Below, in pieces: positions 40,899 through 55,139 of a stretch of DNA of 64,000 nucleotides. Where the stretch lies: the NCBI GenBank assembly GCA_951406725.2, contig OX597816.1:142352001-142416000 (forward strand), given 5' to 3'. Origin of the DNA: Octopus vulgaris (taxonomy: Eukaryota). Both the position numbers and the translations under genes were made by a program. Each line of letters begins with the position of its first letter. Position 1 is the stretch's first letter. A model generated the notes under the pieces. It was not told the origin of the DNA. It ran no database searches and worked only from the letters and a program-made list of their open reading frames with translations.

Positions 40899-43800
40899 AA
40901 GGTTCATATTTAGGCATAGCAACATGTTTCTGTTCTGTGTGTATGTATGCAAACACATATTTGCAGATTTGTTGAGGTAAAAAGACTCACCATACAGATA
41001 ACTGTGCTGCTGAAATTTTCAGTGATTTTCATAAGATTGCAATTTCTATCAGATATAAATTTATTTTAAGCTTAGTGGCACTTTACAGTTTACTACATGA
41101 ATAATCTACATTGAAATATATCCAGTATCAATGAAGTGCCAGTAATATAATAATTTCAGTCATTTATGGACACATAGTTAGTTTTCAACTCCAAAGTTAA
41201 CTTTGGTGTAAATAAGCTTAAGAACACAAAAGTAAACTCCTCAAAATATATACTGCTTCTAACTGGGGAGGATCAAGTTTTGTTGTTCCTTTCAGTGGAC
41301 ACCTGCATACATGTTTTTGTGTGGTTCTAGATTGAGAGAGATATTTCCAGTTGTTTGTATCTATAATAATTAGAGATTTCTACTAAAACTTACTTGTGCT
41401 GATGCAGAAATAAATAAAACAAAATTAGTATTTGTAGCACTGAAAATTAGAGAAAATATTCTCCACTGCTTCAGCTATTTAGTCAAATATTTAAAAAATT
41501 GAAAAATTGTATTAGGAAAGTACACTTTAAATTTGTAACTTTTACTCTGTCTTTGATCACTTTGGAAAAGCCAAAGGAACTTTTATATACAAGATATATA
41601 TCTTTCTTTAGGTTATTCTGAGAAGGTGAATTCAGACCCCATAATATGTAAAAGTTATTTTAGTAAGTAAAAGATGTCAGTGGGAGAGAGTGATGAAATA
41701 TGAAATCATTAAAATATAGTTGATTTTATCTACTTAAGCTTCCTGTGTCTTTCATCTGAACAAGACCTGACAAGTTGCAGGAAATAGCTCTTAGTAATCT
41801 ATTCCGTTTTTGGATTTGACTGGGCAGTTATGAGAATGGGAAGTTGCTCGGAAGAAAAGCATGATTTTGGTTTTTACTTTTATAATTGAAGAATTTTATT
41901 CTATTTTGTGGAAGAAAATTATGGTCACCTAAATCTAACCTAATGGGAACCAGTTCAGTATCAGTCATTTACTGTGTACTTCATACTTCATTCTGGTGTT
42001 TATGTTTTATCAGTGATTGAAAGCAAGAGTTGAAGAAATGTTTTTAGTCAGAGAATGACATAGTAGCTTTGATGCTAAATATAATGTTAAGCATTTGTCA
42101 TAGAGGTTAAATTTATGCTTTTACCAAAAAGTGAAGTTTATTACTCCAGTAAAATATATTCAAATATTCAAGTTTGGAGTACTTACACTCAGTAGCATTA
42201 GTCTGTTGTTGATTATATATCCATGAATTATTTTTTCACATGTAGATTGTTACAATCTTTCGGTTTGGTTTGATTTGGGGGTTTTTTTTTTTTTTTTCCT
42301 CATTTGAAAATATTGATGTTCCATTGTAGTGCTAGTTTTAAAATAAATCTCCTTGATAAAATAACAAACATATTTGAATTTAGATAGGTTTTGGCAGACA
42401 GAATCATGTATTAAATATTTGTCTTCCATGAAAATAAGATTAGAAAAGATTCTATCTTGCATCAAAAATTTTGTGATGCTTCTTTATATACATTGTTTAT
42501 TTCTGCTCTCTACACATTGTTAACACTACTGTTGTCTACATTTGACTTATATTATGAAAGTATTATGGACTAAATATTTTTCTTTGTATACATTTCTTCT
42601 AGAAAGCTAACGGAATTTTTTCTTTTAATTTAGTATCTTCATCTATAAATTTCACAACTTTTGATTGAATATAAATCTTAGAGAAGGAAGTTGCCAGATT
42701 TGTTAATTATTGTTTCTTAACAACTCTAGCCTGTGATACAAATTATAGTCTGAATATTGCACTTGTATGGAAGAAGAGAATATTTATAGCTTGAGTATAA
42801 CAGCATGTTTGCTCTTGTGATGTCTTGCTAGTCAATTTTTATTTTCTTTGTGTTGGCAGTTGTTCAGAAGACAAACTAGCACTGTTTCTGTAGATTTTAT
42901 TGTTTTCAAATATTTTGTTTTTATTTGTAATTTACCAATAATGGCTTCATTGATATTTTACATGAAAATATTGAATTTTATTTCTTTAGCATACATATCA
43001 CTGGGTACATTACACTTTATTCACAACTCATTGTTTCCCTCGGTCATCTTAACAATTCTTTGAAAGTGTTTTATTTTTATTTATGTTCAATGCTATAGAA
43101 GGAACATTTTTCGAGTCATTAAATACCAAAGGCAAAGAACCATCAAATCGTGATGTACAAAAGTCTGACCTTTTGTATTTTATCAGAAATTCTTCTTAAA
43201 TAGTTTTAAGCGGAATTTATATTCAACCTTCTCCTGCATACTGAAACCTGTTTCTGAAACCAATATCAAAGCTCCTTAGCAGAACTAATCATTCTATCTG
43301 TTCTTTAGATATTCATATTAGTTTGAGCTGAACATTTTTCTTTAAGCAATAGTCCAAATAAGATGTAAGGTGCCCGTATGATTTTGTTAGATAATGTACT
43401 TCCACAAAATTATTTCTTTTCATCTCATCTGTGGAACTATAATTATGTTGTTAGGAAATGTGTTTTGTTTTATTTTGCTTCTCTCTTAATGTTTGCTGAA
43501 GGTGATCACCAAGTTTGAAAAACTATTGTGATTGCATGCTGAATTCTTCTACATTCAAATCTTTCTCAAGAGACATATTTATAGCTGAGTAAGGAAATAA
43601 TAATGATGATGGTGGGGAAGGATACTTTGTTATTTATTCTTATTCATAAATATTGTCAGCTTTCTTATGAGAAATGAAGAAAATACATTTTGTCATTCCT
43701 TTCCTTTTCTTTTGTTTCCACAAAACCTTTCAGGGAAAAACTGTTTATATCTGCAGGGTAAAGAAAAAAGCAGGTGATGTAAGAGAAGTAGTACAGGCTA

Positions 43801-45249
43801 TTGCAAGTCTGTGTTTTCCTAGAAGGAAATGTGTTTTATGAGAATATCTTCAGAGAAATTGTGCAGCAAGGGAAACGACAAAGTATTAATAGATTGGTGT
43901 AACATGTGAGAACTGTTGTAGAAAACGGGAGACAGGGATTATGCACTGCAGTTTAGTAGTAGGGAATGAAAAGAGAAAGAATTGATATTGGATAGAGCAA
44001 ATCTTTCAGCAATTGCAAAGTATTTGATAAAGGTATTTCTTCAACAGCTTGTTAAGAATGGGTAATTATTTTCTAAAGAGAGTTTTCTTAACTGTCTTTG
44101 AGTACATAGTTTAGAATTAAAATGCTAAGTATGTAATTGTTGAACATTTCTTATGTAGTATTTATTGAAACACTTTCATGTAATTTAACTTTGGAAGAAG
44201 TTCCAGAGTCTTAACTCACAGTTGAAGCTAAATTTATTTTTACAAAATATATGAATAGTTTGTTTTCCCTTTCATTTTTTAATTAACAAAGAAAACAAAA
44301 TATTTAGATAAACCTTCATTATAACTAATTAGCAGGTGGGAAATTCATATACTTTTTTGTTTTCATTAAGTTTATAAATTTTATTTTTTCCTTTCTTTCT
44401 CGAAAACTTATCAGTTACTTTTCTAGATCTTTCTTTGTGTAATTAATTACTGCTTCATAAATATTATTAATACTATTTTTGTTATTTATTTTGAATTGGA
44501 GGATAAATTAATTACTTCTCAGCAATTTGTTGGTGATGAAAGAAAATCGTATTCCTCCATCACACACATACTCACTCACAGTGACTTCATTTTTTTTTTT
44601 ATGCAATCTATAAAGAAAAGCTTGTTGATTTTTTGTTTTTATTCTGTAGATTTGTGTTAGATATAAAGTTACTTCAGCAATGCTTTGTGAGGTATTCTAC
44701 ATGAAAGCTTAAACAAAGGGAGTTGATATAAAGAAGTCTCTTGCGAATGCCGCATCATTCTATGTGTGTGTGTGTGTGTGTATGTGAACATGTGTGAGGA
44801 TAATAATAAATAAAATTACAATTGTCAAACTAGTTTCTGAGTCTCAATAATGATGAGATTCTCCCCTGTAAATTCATTTACATTTTTCATCATCATCATT
44901 GTCAGTGTTTAGCAGCTGCGGCAGCAGCAGCAGCAGTCAAGCTACTACTGTAGTGCTAACAATAGCAGTAGCAGTTGATATAGACAGAACTAAGCATAGA
45001 AAGAAAAGAAAGTGGAGAATGCAGAAGGGGATGGATATTATTAATAGTTGGGAAATAGGTCTGCTCGGAGTTGTAGATAAGGTGTGCTGCAGTGAACAGC
45101 ACTGACTAGTTCCCTTGCTGCGGTGCTTATTACCTGGATGATGAGCCTGGACACAGCAGCACTTTCGGAGCCATAAATGATTGTACAGTTAAAGTGGTTG
45201 CTGACTGTGTTGCTACCTTTCTGTGTATAGTTACTGCCTTACGCTATTT

Positions 45250-45490
45250 TCTTCTTCCTTCTCTCTTTCTCTTCCTTCTTGCTCTTTCTCTCTGTTACTT
45301 TTCTCTCAGTCTCTTCTTTCTCCATCTTTTACTTTCTCTCTCTCTTTTTCTCTTTCTTCTTCTACTCTCTATCCCTCTCTCTCTTCTACTCTCTCTCCTC
45401 TCCTACTTTCTCTCCTCTCCTACTTTCTCTCCTCTCCCACTCTCTTTCTTTTCTACTCTCCCTCTCCTACTCTCTCTCTCTCTCTATTTT
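45250..45490. repeat. 240 bp CT-rich polypyrimidine tract
   Basis: Directly visible; includes CTCCTACTTTCTCTCCT repeats. Confidence 0.9.
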
Positions 45491-48400
45491 CTGTTGGATC
45501 ATGGCAATGAAGGAATATGTCTGTGGAAGTGGCAGTAGCCAGTGTGACTGTCACCAGTGTTTGCTACTCACTGTCCTGCATGCTGTTCTGTTGATAGTTA
45601 ACTGAACACTGACTTGGTGATAATATCAGCAATACCATACCTATGATGAGCACCGAAAAAACAGTTTACTCAGTTGCAATGAAGATGTGGCCGGCCAGCT
45701 GGACTTCAGCATGGTTGGTGTACTTTTTTCTTATTTATCTATTCCTCATGCTTCACTATTCATCCATTTTTCTGTTATTCTGTCTTCATTCCGTTTACAC
45801 TGTTTTTGTATTTTCTCTTTGGGAAAATGCAGGGTTTTTCTTATTTTAGTTTTCCTCTCTATCTTTTTATCTCATCTTTCTCTGTCTTTATTTCCCAGTA
45901 ATTAACAGCTTAACAAATTATGACATTTTTAGAACTAATTCAAATACAGTTGCATGTGTATGAGTGAGTGTAGGTGTGTGTGTATATATATTTATATGTA
46001 TTCAACAGGAAACGCAGTTCTCGCTAACTTCACAGTTCTTTTCTTCTGTACATATGTGGGTGTGTATGATGTTTTCATATCTATACACATGTGCGTGTGT
46101 GTATGTATATGCATACATATCAACACATTTATATCCATACATACACAATAAACTATAATCATACATATACACACGTATCTATAATCATGTGTATGTGTGC
46201 TCACACAACACAGGTGCGTGCACACACACATGCATAGACACATATTCTTCATAGCTTTTGTTTTTCTGTGCCACCATGGGTTAGAGAGATCTGTATTAAA
46301 TGTTTTTAAAAAGTGTAGATCGTATGTCATCACATCTGATCCCTCACTACTTCTCTTAACTTTTGTTCATTCTAAGTTTGTATGTGTGAATGTAAGATGT
46401 CCCATAAGTAAAGCAGCATTTAAAAGCTGTTAAATGGCATATTTGTGTACACATGTGTAAACTGTAGATGTAGCATGGATTTAATTATATAATTAACAAA
46501 CTACATGCACACACTCACATGGGTGCACACTCACATGGGTGCACACACACACACACAGGTGCACACACACACATGCCCATACACACACGCATTTGCTTAT
46601 TAGGGCTAAAGAGAAGGCTAAAGATGTATGATGGGCCTCATCATGTCAATCCGTATAGCTAATCCTTAAATATTCATTTAAGACTATTAGTATTTGCTTA
46701 CTTATCATTTTCATAAGCATGTTCAGTAAAATGTTTAGAATGTGAGGAATATATCTATTATTTCTATTTTTCTTCAAATCAACCCAATCATTTCCTAATA
46801 TTTCACATGAATAATATTTATTAATGATGCTTTGTCAAAATGCTTTAAAAGAAATTGAAATCTGTTGAAAATTACAGCTCACCTTTTTACACACTTATCT
46901 GAAGTTTGTATATAAAAGGTATTCGTCAGGGTTTTGGTTTTTCATCTAAAATTTTTTATTGACGTTTTATGTTTTAAAAAAATTAGAAATCACTTTAGCA
47001 AAATACTCTAAAACTTTTTTAAACTATGATTTTATCAAAGCATGTGAATTCATTGAAATATTTTATAAATGTAAACAGAATTGAGTTTTTTTTTTTCTTC
47101 ATTGTATGTAAATGAATGAATATAAAATATCTAACTAAATTTACCCTTTCCCACAGTTTTTTCTAATTCTATAATTGCTGAAATGTGATACAAGTCAACT
47201 AGAGAAAGTCTTAGCAGCAATAGTTTAAAGAGGGGATTTTCTCTCTCTTTATAAAGGTGCAAATAATTGCTAAAGAGACTATCAGTTAAAATATTATATC
47301 AAGGAGCATCTGTTGCATCCACCCACCTTCCATGTGACAAAAGGTAGAGGTGGTCAACATTTCATCTATCATTTAACATTATTGACTTCAAATTCATATG
47401 TATATTCCAGTAATTGAATAGAGGATTTTAATCATTTTTGTTGCTTCCTAGTCTATCTTTGTAATCTGATGGAATAGTAATGAATTGCAAAGACAATTTT
47501 TATTTCTCAAAATTCCAAATAAGTTTTAGAAAAACTAAACTATTTTGGTTTAATATTTTGTTATTGTTTTTTGGTGTATAGTTTTAAAACTTTACTGAGT
47601 CAGTTGAGTGTATGTCTATATGTAAGACAGAGAAAAAGAGTAGAAAAGTGAAAGAGTATGCTTTAGATTTTCTCAAGCATTTTATGTATATATATATATA
47701 TATATATACTAAAATTAACAGTATGTGTGATCTATTACCTCTTTGTATCTGAACACACACACATGCACACACACAAGTATATAGTATTCGTATCAACCTT
47801 ATAACAGATAATAAATGTATGAATTACTTAAAATTACTTGAAGATGGTCGGATTCCTCCTTGTACTAATTCATTATATAGAAAAGGTGGTGATTGTGTGT
47901 GTGTGCATTTTACTGTTTATTTATTGCCTCAAAAAATATTCTCTGAAATGGGAATTTTACCAAAGTTGTTTCTTCTGTAGCTAGTATTGATTACTAATAT
48001 ATTACAATGATTGATACTGTTCATAGAAGGTTATATTAATCTTTTGCTTATTTGATCCCCCACCCCCACTATGCTCACATGTTAGTTTAAAATCAAATGA
48101 AAAGGAAATTCATCTTCAAAATAAACAAAAAAAAAAAACTCTTGTACCTCTTGCAGCACTCAGCAAACTTATTTTATTTAGTTTGTTGGGGGGGTTTTTC
48201 TGTTTTATGATAATTTTTTTACAAACTTATTACAATAAATGTTATATTAATAGTGATAATTATGATTTTGATAATAATAATGTAAGTGACTATTATACCT
48301 ATTTCTACAATGTCACAAATTTTCTGGAAGCAGGGACAATTGATTGACTTTACTTCAGTTTATGCCTGGTACTTATTGATCCTGGAAAGATAAATTACTA

Positions 48401-48492
48401 AATAAGCTCTGATATTTGAACCCAGTACATACATAAAGAAAAGAAAATACTGTAATGTGTTTAGTCTCAGTCAGTAATAATAATGATGATTA

Positions 48493-48715
48493 TAATAATA
48501 ACAATCCTTTCAGCCATGGGCACAAGGCTTGAAATTTTTCATGGGAGTGATCACTTTAACTCCAGCATTCAACCAGTACTTATTTTATTGACCCCCAAAA
48601 GGATGAAATGCTAAGTCAACTTTGGTGACATTTGAATTCAGAATGTAAAGCTGGAAGAAATATCATTAAGCATTTTGTCCAGTGCACTAACAATTTTGCC
48701 AGCCTGCCTTAATAA
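48493..48715 (-). mobile_element. tRNA-derived SINE (family D); other copies near 7228, 9098, 35455, 48290, 54560-54820, 58390 and 58595
   Basis: GGCACAAGGCTTGAAATTT...GTACTTATTTTATTGACCCCCAAAAGGATGAAA...ATTTGAATTCAGAA; B-box lies on the minus strand, with an (ATT)n/(AAT)n tail. Confidence 0.75.
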
Positions 48716-48824
48716 TAATAATATCATAATAATATTGTTGGGATATATATAGTTGATATTCCACATTTTATTCATTTTGTTAGTTTTGATGCATAAATTT
48801 AGAAGACCTCACAACATTGCTTTT

Positions 48825-49040
48825 GATTCTGTCTTTCATTTCATTCTCATAGTTTCAGGTTGTTTAAAGCATAACACTGAAATTTGTTTCATTATGTTAA
48901 AAGATTCTGATTATATTTCTGCTTTTCTTCCATTGTTAAGGTTATTGAAAGTTCAACAGACTTGTTTCATTATGTTGAATTATTTCAATTATTTCTTGTT
49001 TTATTCCATAGTCAAGGTTTTTAAAAGTATAACACTCAAA
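48825..49040. repeat. Degenerate ~79-bp tandem repeat (~2.5 units)
   Basis: TTGTTTCATTATGTT at 48883 and 48962; ATAACACT also recurs. Confidence 0.6.
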
Positions 49041-52000
49041 CACACTTTGTGACAAGCAACTATGGATTCTCTGTGTTTGGCAAAGAAATTTTGAGATTTG
49101 TGATAAGAGATGAATTAAAAAAAATACACCCACACTAACTCTTTTTTCTGCACACTTGTTTCAATGCAGCAAAAATATATTTATATTATGCATGTAAGAA
49201 CAAATGTTTATATTTATATATGCATTCATAAAGTTGCATGGTACATTGTTTAATGAATGCTTGTATGCTGTTACAGGCTCTCCCTCCTTCACTCTCTCTT
49301 TCTCTCTCTCTGTATATATATATATTTATATATACACACTCACACACACTCACACAAATGTATACATATAAATTATATACATACACATACACAGAATCTT
49401 AAGTTGGAAAGTCTACCTTAGAATTTTTAAATAAAATTTTATATATATATATATATATTGTATATATAAAATTATTGTCATTTTACAGTTCAGTTGTTAT
49501 AGTAATCTCAGTTGTTAATTTTTGAGATATCTCAAGATTTAATTTCCTTTTTGTGATTTTCTTTTGTCTTTACTCACCATTTTTATTATTTTTAACCAAC
49601 TTACAAATAGCACTTATGTGGGTATTCAGAATTGATTTTTTATATATATATATATATAAAAATTATGAAAATGATTCATTTGGGAAACATCACTGTTTTG
49701 TTTTTGTTTTTTTGGTTTATTTGAGGGTTTTTTTTTTACTTTTTATCTTCTTTTCTTTCCTGCTTTCCCCACCCAGTTCCTTACTTTTGTTTACAGTAAA
49801 CTGCTAATAATTTTCACTATGAGATTTCTCAAGTTGTGATAAACTGTCAGCCTAGCTTCCTAGATTAATCTTTCATTCTTGATGCCATCCTCAAAGCTGC
49901 ATTATATTTGCATTTGTGTTGCAGAGGAAAATTACTGATATCTAATATCCTGTCTGATATTGTTGTTTAAACTATTCTTGCCAAACTTCTTTTGTTTTCA
50001 CGCTAATTTTGTATTTTGTTAGCTTTCAGACACTTTGGCAAATATTTTATTAGTATTTGTTTTGCTTCTTTTTAAACTGTATCTTAGTTCATATACTTAT
50101 ACCAAAATTCCTCATGCAAGAAAGATTTCTGATGCCTGACTGGTTTAGACTATTGGCCTTCAATAGCCAAAAGTTCATCTCTTACAACAGTCTTTGTGTC
50201 ATACTATCTATTATATCCATTTGGCTTTAATTTTCCAACTAGTTACAGTATATTCATTTAACCATTTGTGACGGCATATTGACTGTTCATTTTGACTATG
50301 AACAGTTGCTTTTGTGGTTTTCTGACCATATTTGTTAAACTTGTACTGCACTAGTTTAGTGGATGTGATATTTGTGAATAAAGGTCCAATAAAATGCAAT
50401 CTCTTACAGCTTACTAAGCTGCATACCAACAAAAAGAGGGAAACTATGTTAAATGCTCTAAAAAAAAACTCTGATTTTCTTGTTACTCCTTTTACTTGAT
50501 GAATGAATTTTTCACAAGATCATTCAACTAACAAAAGCAAATTGAATTAATGTTGACTGAGACAATCTAAGTTCATGATCATTACATTCAAGTTCTATAG
50601 ATACCTTGCTTGTGTTTCAGAATATTCTTTGTAGCAACACTATTCTTGTCTGTAACATTAGTATTCTGGTTACCATAACATAATAATGATAAATAATAAA
50701 ATTAGGTTACATTTGACAATTAGCTTATATTTGGTATAAAATATCAATGGAACTGTTTGTTTAAAAATAAGTGCACTAGAGAACAGATTCACTAGAACTT
50801 TGAAGATAGTAGAACTTTATGGTATTCTGAGTTTTGTATCCCATTGACTTAACAGGCACCTCACTAACCCACACTTTGCCTCTTTTACATTAATAATATA
50901 CTTTCCATTTCTTTTAATCAAGCTTATACACATGCTTTCCTCAGATTTCACTGATAAATCTTGGCTACAAACAGCTTCAATATTTTTAGCAGATATCTTC
51001 CGTGAAAAAATTCCCTTAAAACTTCATACACATGTAATAATAAATACATGCCCTTATTAGTGCATCCGCTTTATTTAACAAGCTGCTAAAGTTTCTTATT
51101 ATGATTCATAACACCCCCACTTGCGCACATACATGCACATTCACATGCACATCAGATAGTTTATGATTACATCACAAAATCAGGAGATCCTTTTCAGTGC
51201 CAGAAAGTATTTCAATATTGAACAGTTGCTGATTCTGTGTAAGGCACAAATACACCCTACTTTAAAATGCTGCTCCCATCTCTGAGATGATGCATACAAC
51301 TTGTATATGTATAAACATATATGAAGGAAAATATAATTATCCTTACTCCCATCACAATATGACCATTGATCCATGTTTGAAGTATGACCTACACTTATCC
51401 CTAACTGCATCACTAAACATTACTCACTGTCTATTTTCCCACTAACCACTCCAATCTGACCCATCTGTCCTAATCCCCAGTCTAGGAGGGCCTATAAAGG
51501 CTATTGGTACTGCCCTTTCTGAATAATAAAATAAATCTGTATTCTTCTAAATGGTTTCTGTAGATTTCTATTGAATGAGATACAGACTGTTTCTCAAATT
51601 ACTGTTTCAATGTGTTATCCAATATGCCTAAACTGATGATAACTCCACCATAAGTTTGTGATGTTGATTGTCAAGCAACTCTTTCATGCATCGATTTCTT
51701 TTATAGTGACTCCACCAAATATTACTTTATTGCTTTATATGCAGTAAGATGGAAATCCATAACAATTTTATCCCATGGGTAAAATTACAATTACTCTGGA
51801 CTGAATAGAAGGTTAGCTTGGTTGGGCGACTGCTTTATTTACGACTGGCATTGAGTTGGTTGGGAAAACATTTAGCTTGGATTTCAAAGGTCTCTGGTTC
51901 AAATTAAGTTACTCTGTTCACTTAATATGTGAGTAAAAAAATATTATACAATAATAAAATTCTCATATTATGTTGCCTTATTATCTAATGTTCTCTCCAT

Positions 52001-53397
52001 CATACAACTGATATTTTCAACTATTTTCTCCATTTCACCCCCATTAAATCCTTAATAACAAAGAAATAGCAAGTAATGGATAATTTTAAGTTTCGATATT
52101 GCCTCTCAGCAAATAACATTTATAAGAACAATGAAGTGAAAGAAAAAATGGAAAAATGGAATCTGGATAAAGTATCATGTAAAACATTTGGTTTCAGTAG
52201 AAAGCAGCAGCACTATATCCAACACTGATGTGGTGGATGACTATAATGATAATCATGTTTATATTGTGAAGTATATTTGCCACCGAAATGTGACTTTCCT
52301 TTGCAAATACTGATAGGGCACAGAAAGTGTGTCAATAGCCAGCTGGAGGAGATGTCTTCCTGGGGCTACAAGCTACAAGTAGCATCAACCCTTAAGAGTT
52401 AGCCACATTTAGGTGGTAAATATACTTCATGATGTCGTGCAGCTAATGTTTATACCTCGCTCAGAGATTTATTATTGCATGTTTATATTTTTATTTATTT
52501 ATCTATTCTTTTCTTTAAATCTTCATTAAGGCACTGAATTAAAAGATTATCAACTCCCAGTTTCTGAAATGCTTCCTGCTTCTAGCCGTTGATAGTAGAT
52601 GTGTTAGTTTCTACATATAACTTGTAACTTTAAATCATGTTGTTAATGAAATAATTATAAAGGGATAGAGCAAGGGAGTTTTTGAAAGAATATAAATTTT
52701 GATCAACTATTTTCAGATAAGGTTTAGTGAAACTTGTAATTCAAATAAGTAGACTAAGATTTCCACATATTTCCACATAGATTTTCCACATATTTCTCCC
52801 TCATCCAGTCTATTAGATAGGCATACACTACTACAAATTTTCTATGGCTAAGTATAATGTCAATTCCTTATCCATTTGCATATTCTAGTATTGTCCTTTC
52901 CTGCCAAAATTCCTTTTACCTATTTCACTATTCTCAATAGTCTTTATACCAAAGTAACATGCTAGCTTCCTCACTTTTCACATACTAAATTATATTTATC
53001 GATGTTTCTGCAATAATATCTATCCAGAATCTTTTATTTCTCCCTTTTGTTTGTTTTCTTGATATAAACAGAATCCAAACCTTTACAAAATTATGTACAC
53101 ACATGTGATATGCATGTTTGCATATGATTTTGTGAATTTTACAAATGAAGCTGATAGAATTTATTGCTGCTTGAGAGCTTTTTCTGTATAGTCTGTCTTC
53201 AAGATAGAATCTTTGAGAATTTTCATTCAGTTATATAACTGCTGAGGGTAGAGAGATGTTTCCTGTGGCCAGTATACTGTGATTTTCTTTCTTTCTCTGC
53301 CTCTCTCTCATCATACCAAAATGTTTATAAAAGCAAAATTGCCCATTTTTTGAAAAATATTTTTAAAATAACTTTTATATAATTGAAATAAATGTTT

Positions 53398-53830
53398 AGG
53401 TATGGCTGTGTGGTTAAAAATTTCTCTTCATAATCATATGATCTTAGATTCTACCTATTGCATGACATTTTGTGCAAGTGTCTTTTATTATAGACATGGG
53501 CTGACTAATGCCTTGTAAGTGATAACTGATGGGTTGGATTTGCATGGAAATCTATCATATGTGTGTGTGTTTATTTTTGCATGTCTTCACATTGGCACTG
53601 TTTGGGCAATGGTGAGGCTGTGTTTATCTCTTCTGTAAATAATACATCTGGTAGCTTGGCAGTTTCCTTGATTTTGTCAGTTGAAGATTAGTAAATTAAA
53701 AATACCTTGCTCAAAAGGCAGGTATGGTTTGGCCACAGAAAGGGTTTCTGGCTATAGAGTATTGCCTTAATCTCTTAATCTTCCAAACCATACTAGCAAG
53801 GAAAAAAATGTACGTAAAAATGGTTAATGA
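53398..53830 (+). mobile_element. Old family A-like SINE
   Basis: GGTATGGCTGTGTGGTTAA...GCAAGTGTCTTTTATTATAG...GCCTTGTAAGTG, with a degraded family B-like tail. Confidence 0.7.
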
Positions 53831-55139
53831 TGGTAATAAATGTCAGTGTTGTGTCTGACTCTACTAATTTTGTGAGCAACTTTATTTGAAACCAGGTACT
53901 TTTGTGTTTAATGTTCTTAACTTGAATGCTGGAGTTCATTTTGTATTTTATTTCTTTAAGGCTGATCAAATAAATACAGTAATCTACTGAGGCCGAGTTG
54001 GTGGTATATCACTACCACTCCCCTCCACTTTTACAATACAAACTTATATGTAAGCTACACAAATCATTGTTTAAGTATGGTCCTCTGATGTGACAGTGAA
54101 TTTGCCTGTGATCAGACTCAGCAACTAAGTTTCACTTCCCTATTAGAACCACTTTTCTCATCCTAAGGTCACAAGGAAAGATAACAACTTCACAATATCC
54201 CCATTGTCTCCCTTCTGATAAGCCAAGTCTTTATATCCACATGAACAATCTTTATATATGTCATTCTTTTGCATATTTATTGTTTTAAAAGATATTCTGT
54301 TTATCTGATACATTGGAAAAGGTTTATTTTACGATCTATCTGTCAGGATATCAAATTTTATGATAGCTTACCAGACAACAAACTGATTATAAAATTATTG
54401 AGAGATTGGAAACACCTTTGAATAACTGATCATTCATGGTAATCAGCATACTGTAGATATATTCAAAGATAGGCAGAACACACACACACAGATGTGGGGA
54501 GAAGAGCAAAAGAGAGAGAGAGAAAGAGCAGCCAATGGCTAAATCAGTATTGTGATGGAAAAATACCTTGAAATATTTAATTAGGTGGTTTTATGTTCTG
54601 GATTCAAATCTCATCAAAATCAATTTTGTCTTTCAACCTTCCCAGGTCTGTAAGTAAGAGGCAGTTAGATACTGAGGTCAATCTAATCAACTTTTGCCCT
54701 TCTCCTCAAGAAGTTTGAGCTTTGTGTTTATATTAGAAATAATAATATCTGATTTTGCTTTAGGCATAAGAGCAGCAATTTTGAGCTGAGAGGGTTAGTC
54801 AATATCATTGACCTGTATTTGTTTATATATGTATGTATTTTAGTTTACCTTTCTTTCCACTGACACTATTTTCTCTAAACACTGTACTCCTCTTGTTTCT
54901 CAATCCTTTACCTGTGTTCCCTCCACATAGCCCATTACAATCACATATTATAGCACTCTATCAGAATTGGTGTTTTTGCAAATACCACTACCTTACATTC
55001 TGCTTTCAGTTCTCTCTACTTCTTTCACTCTCATCCTACATTTTCTCTTTTCCTTGTTTACTTTCAATCTTTCACCCATATCCTGGAGAATGGGAAAGTA
55101 AACACATTATTTTAAGATACATACAATATACTATAGTAG

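Noticed and set aside
45194-45605. Leu/Ser/Phe-rich ORFs resembling membrane proteins
   Set aside because: Translation of the CT-rich tract.
52198-52313. Open frame VESSSTISNTDVVDDY... after TTTCAG
   Set aside because: No good donor and no homology recognised.
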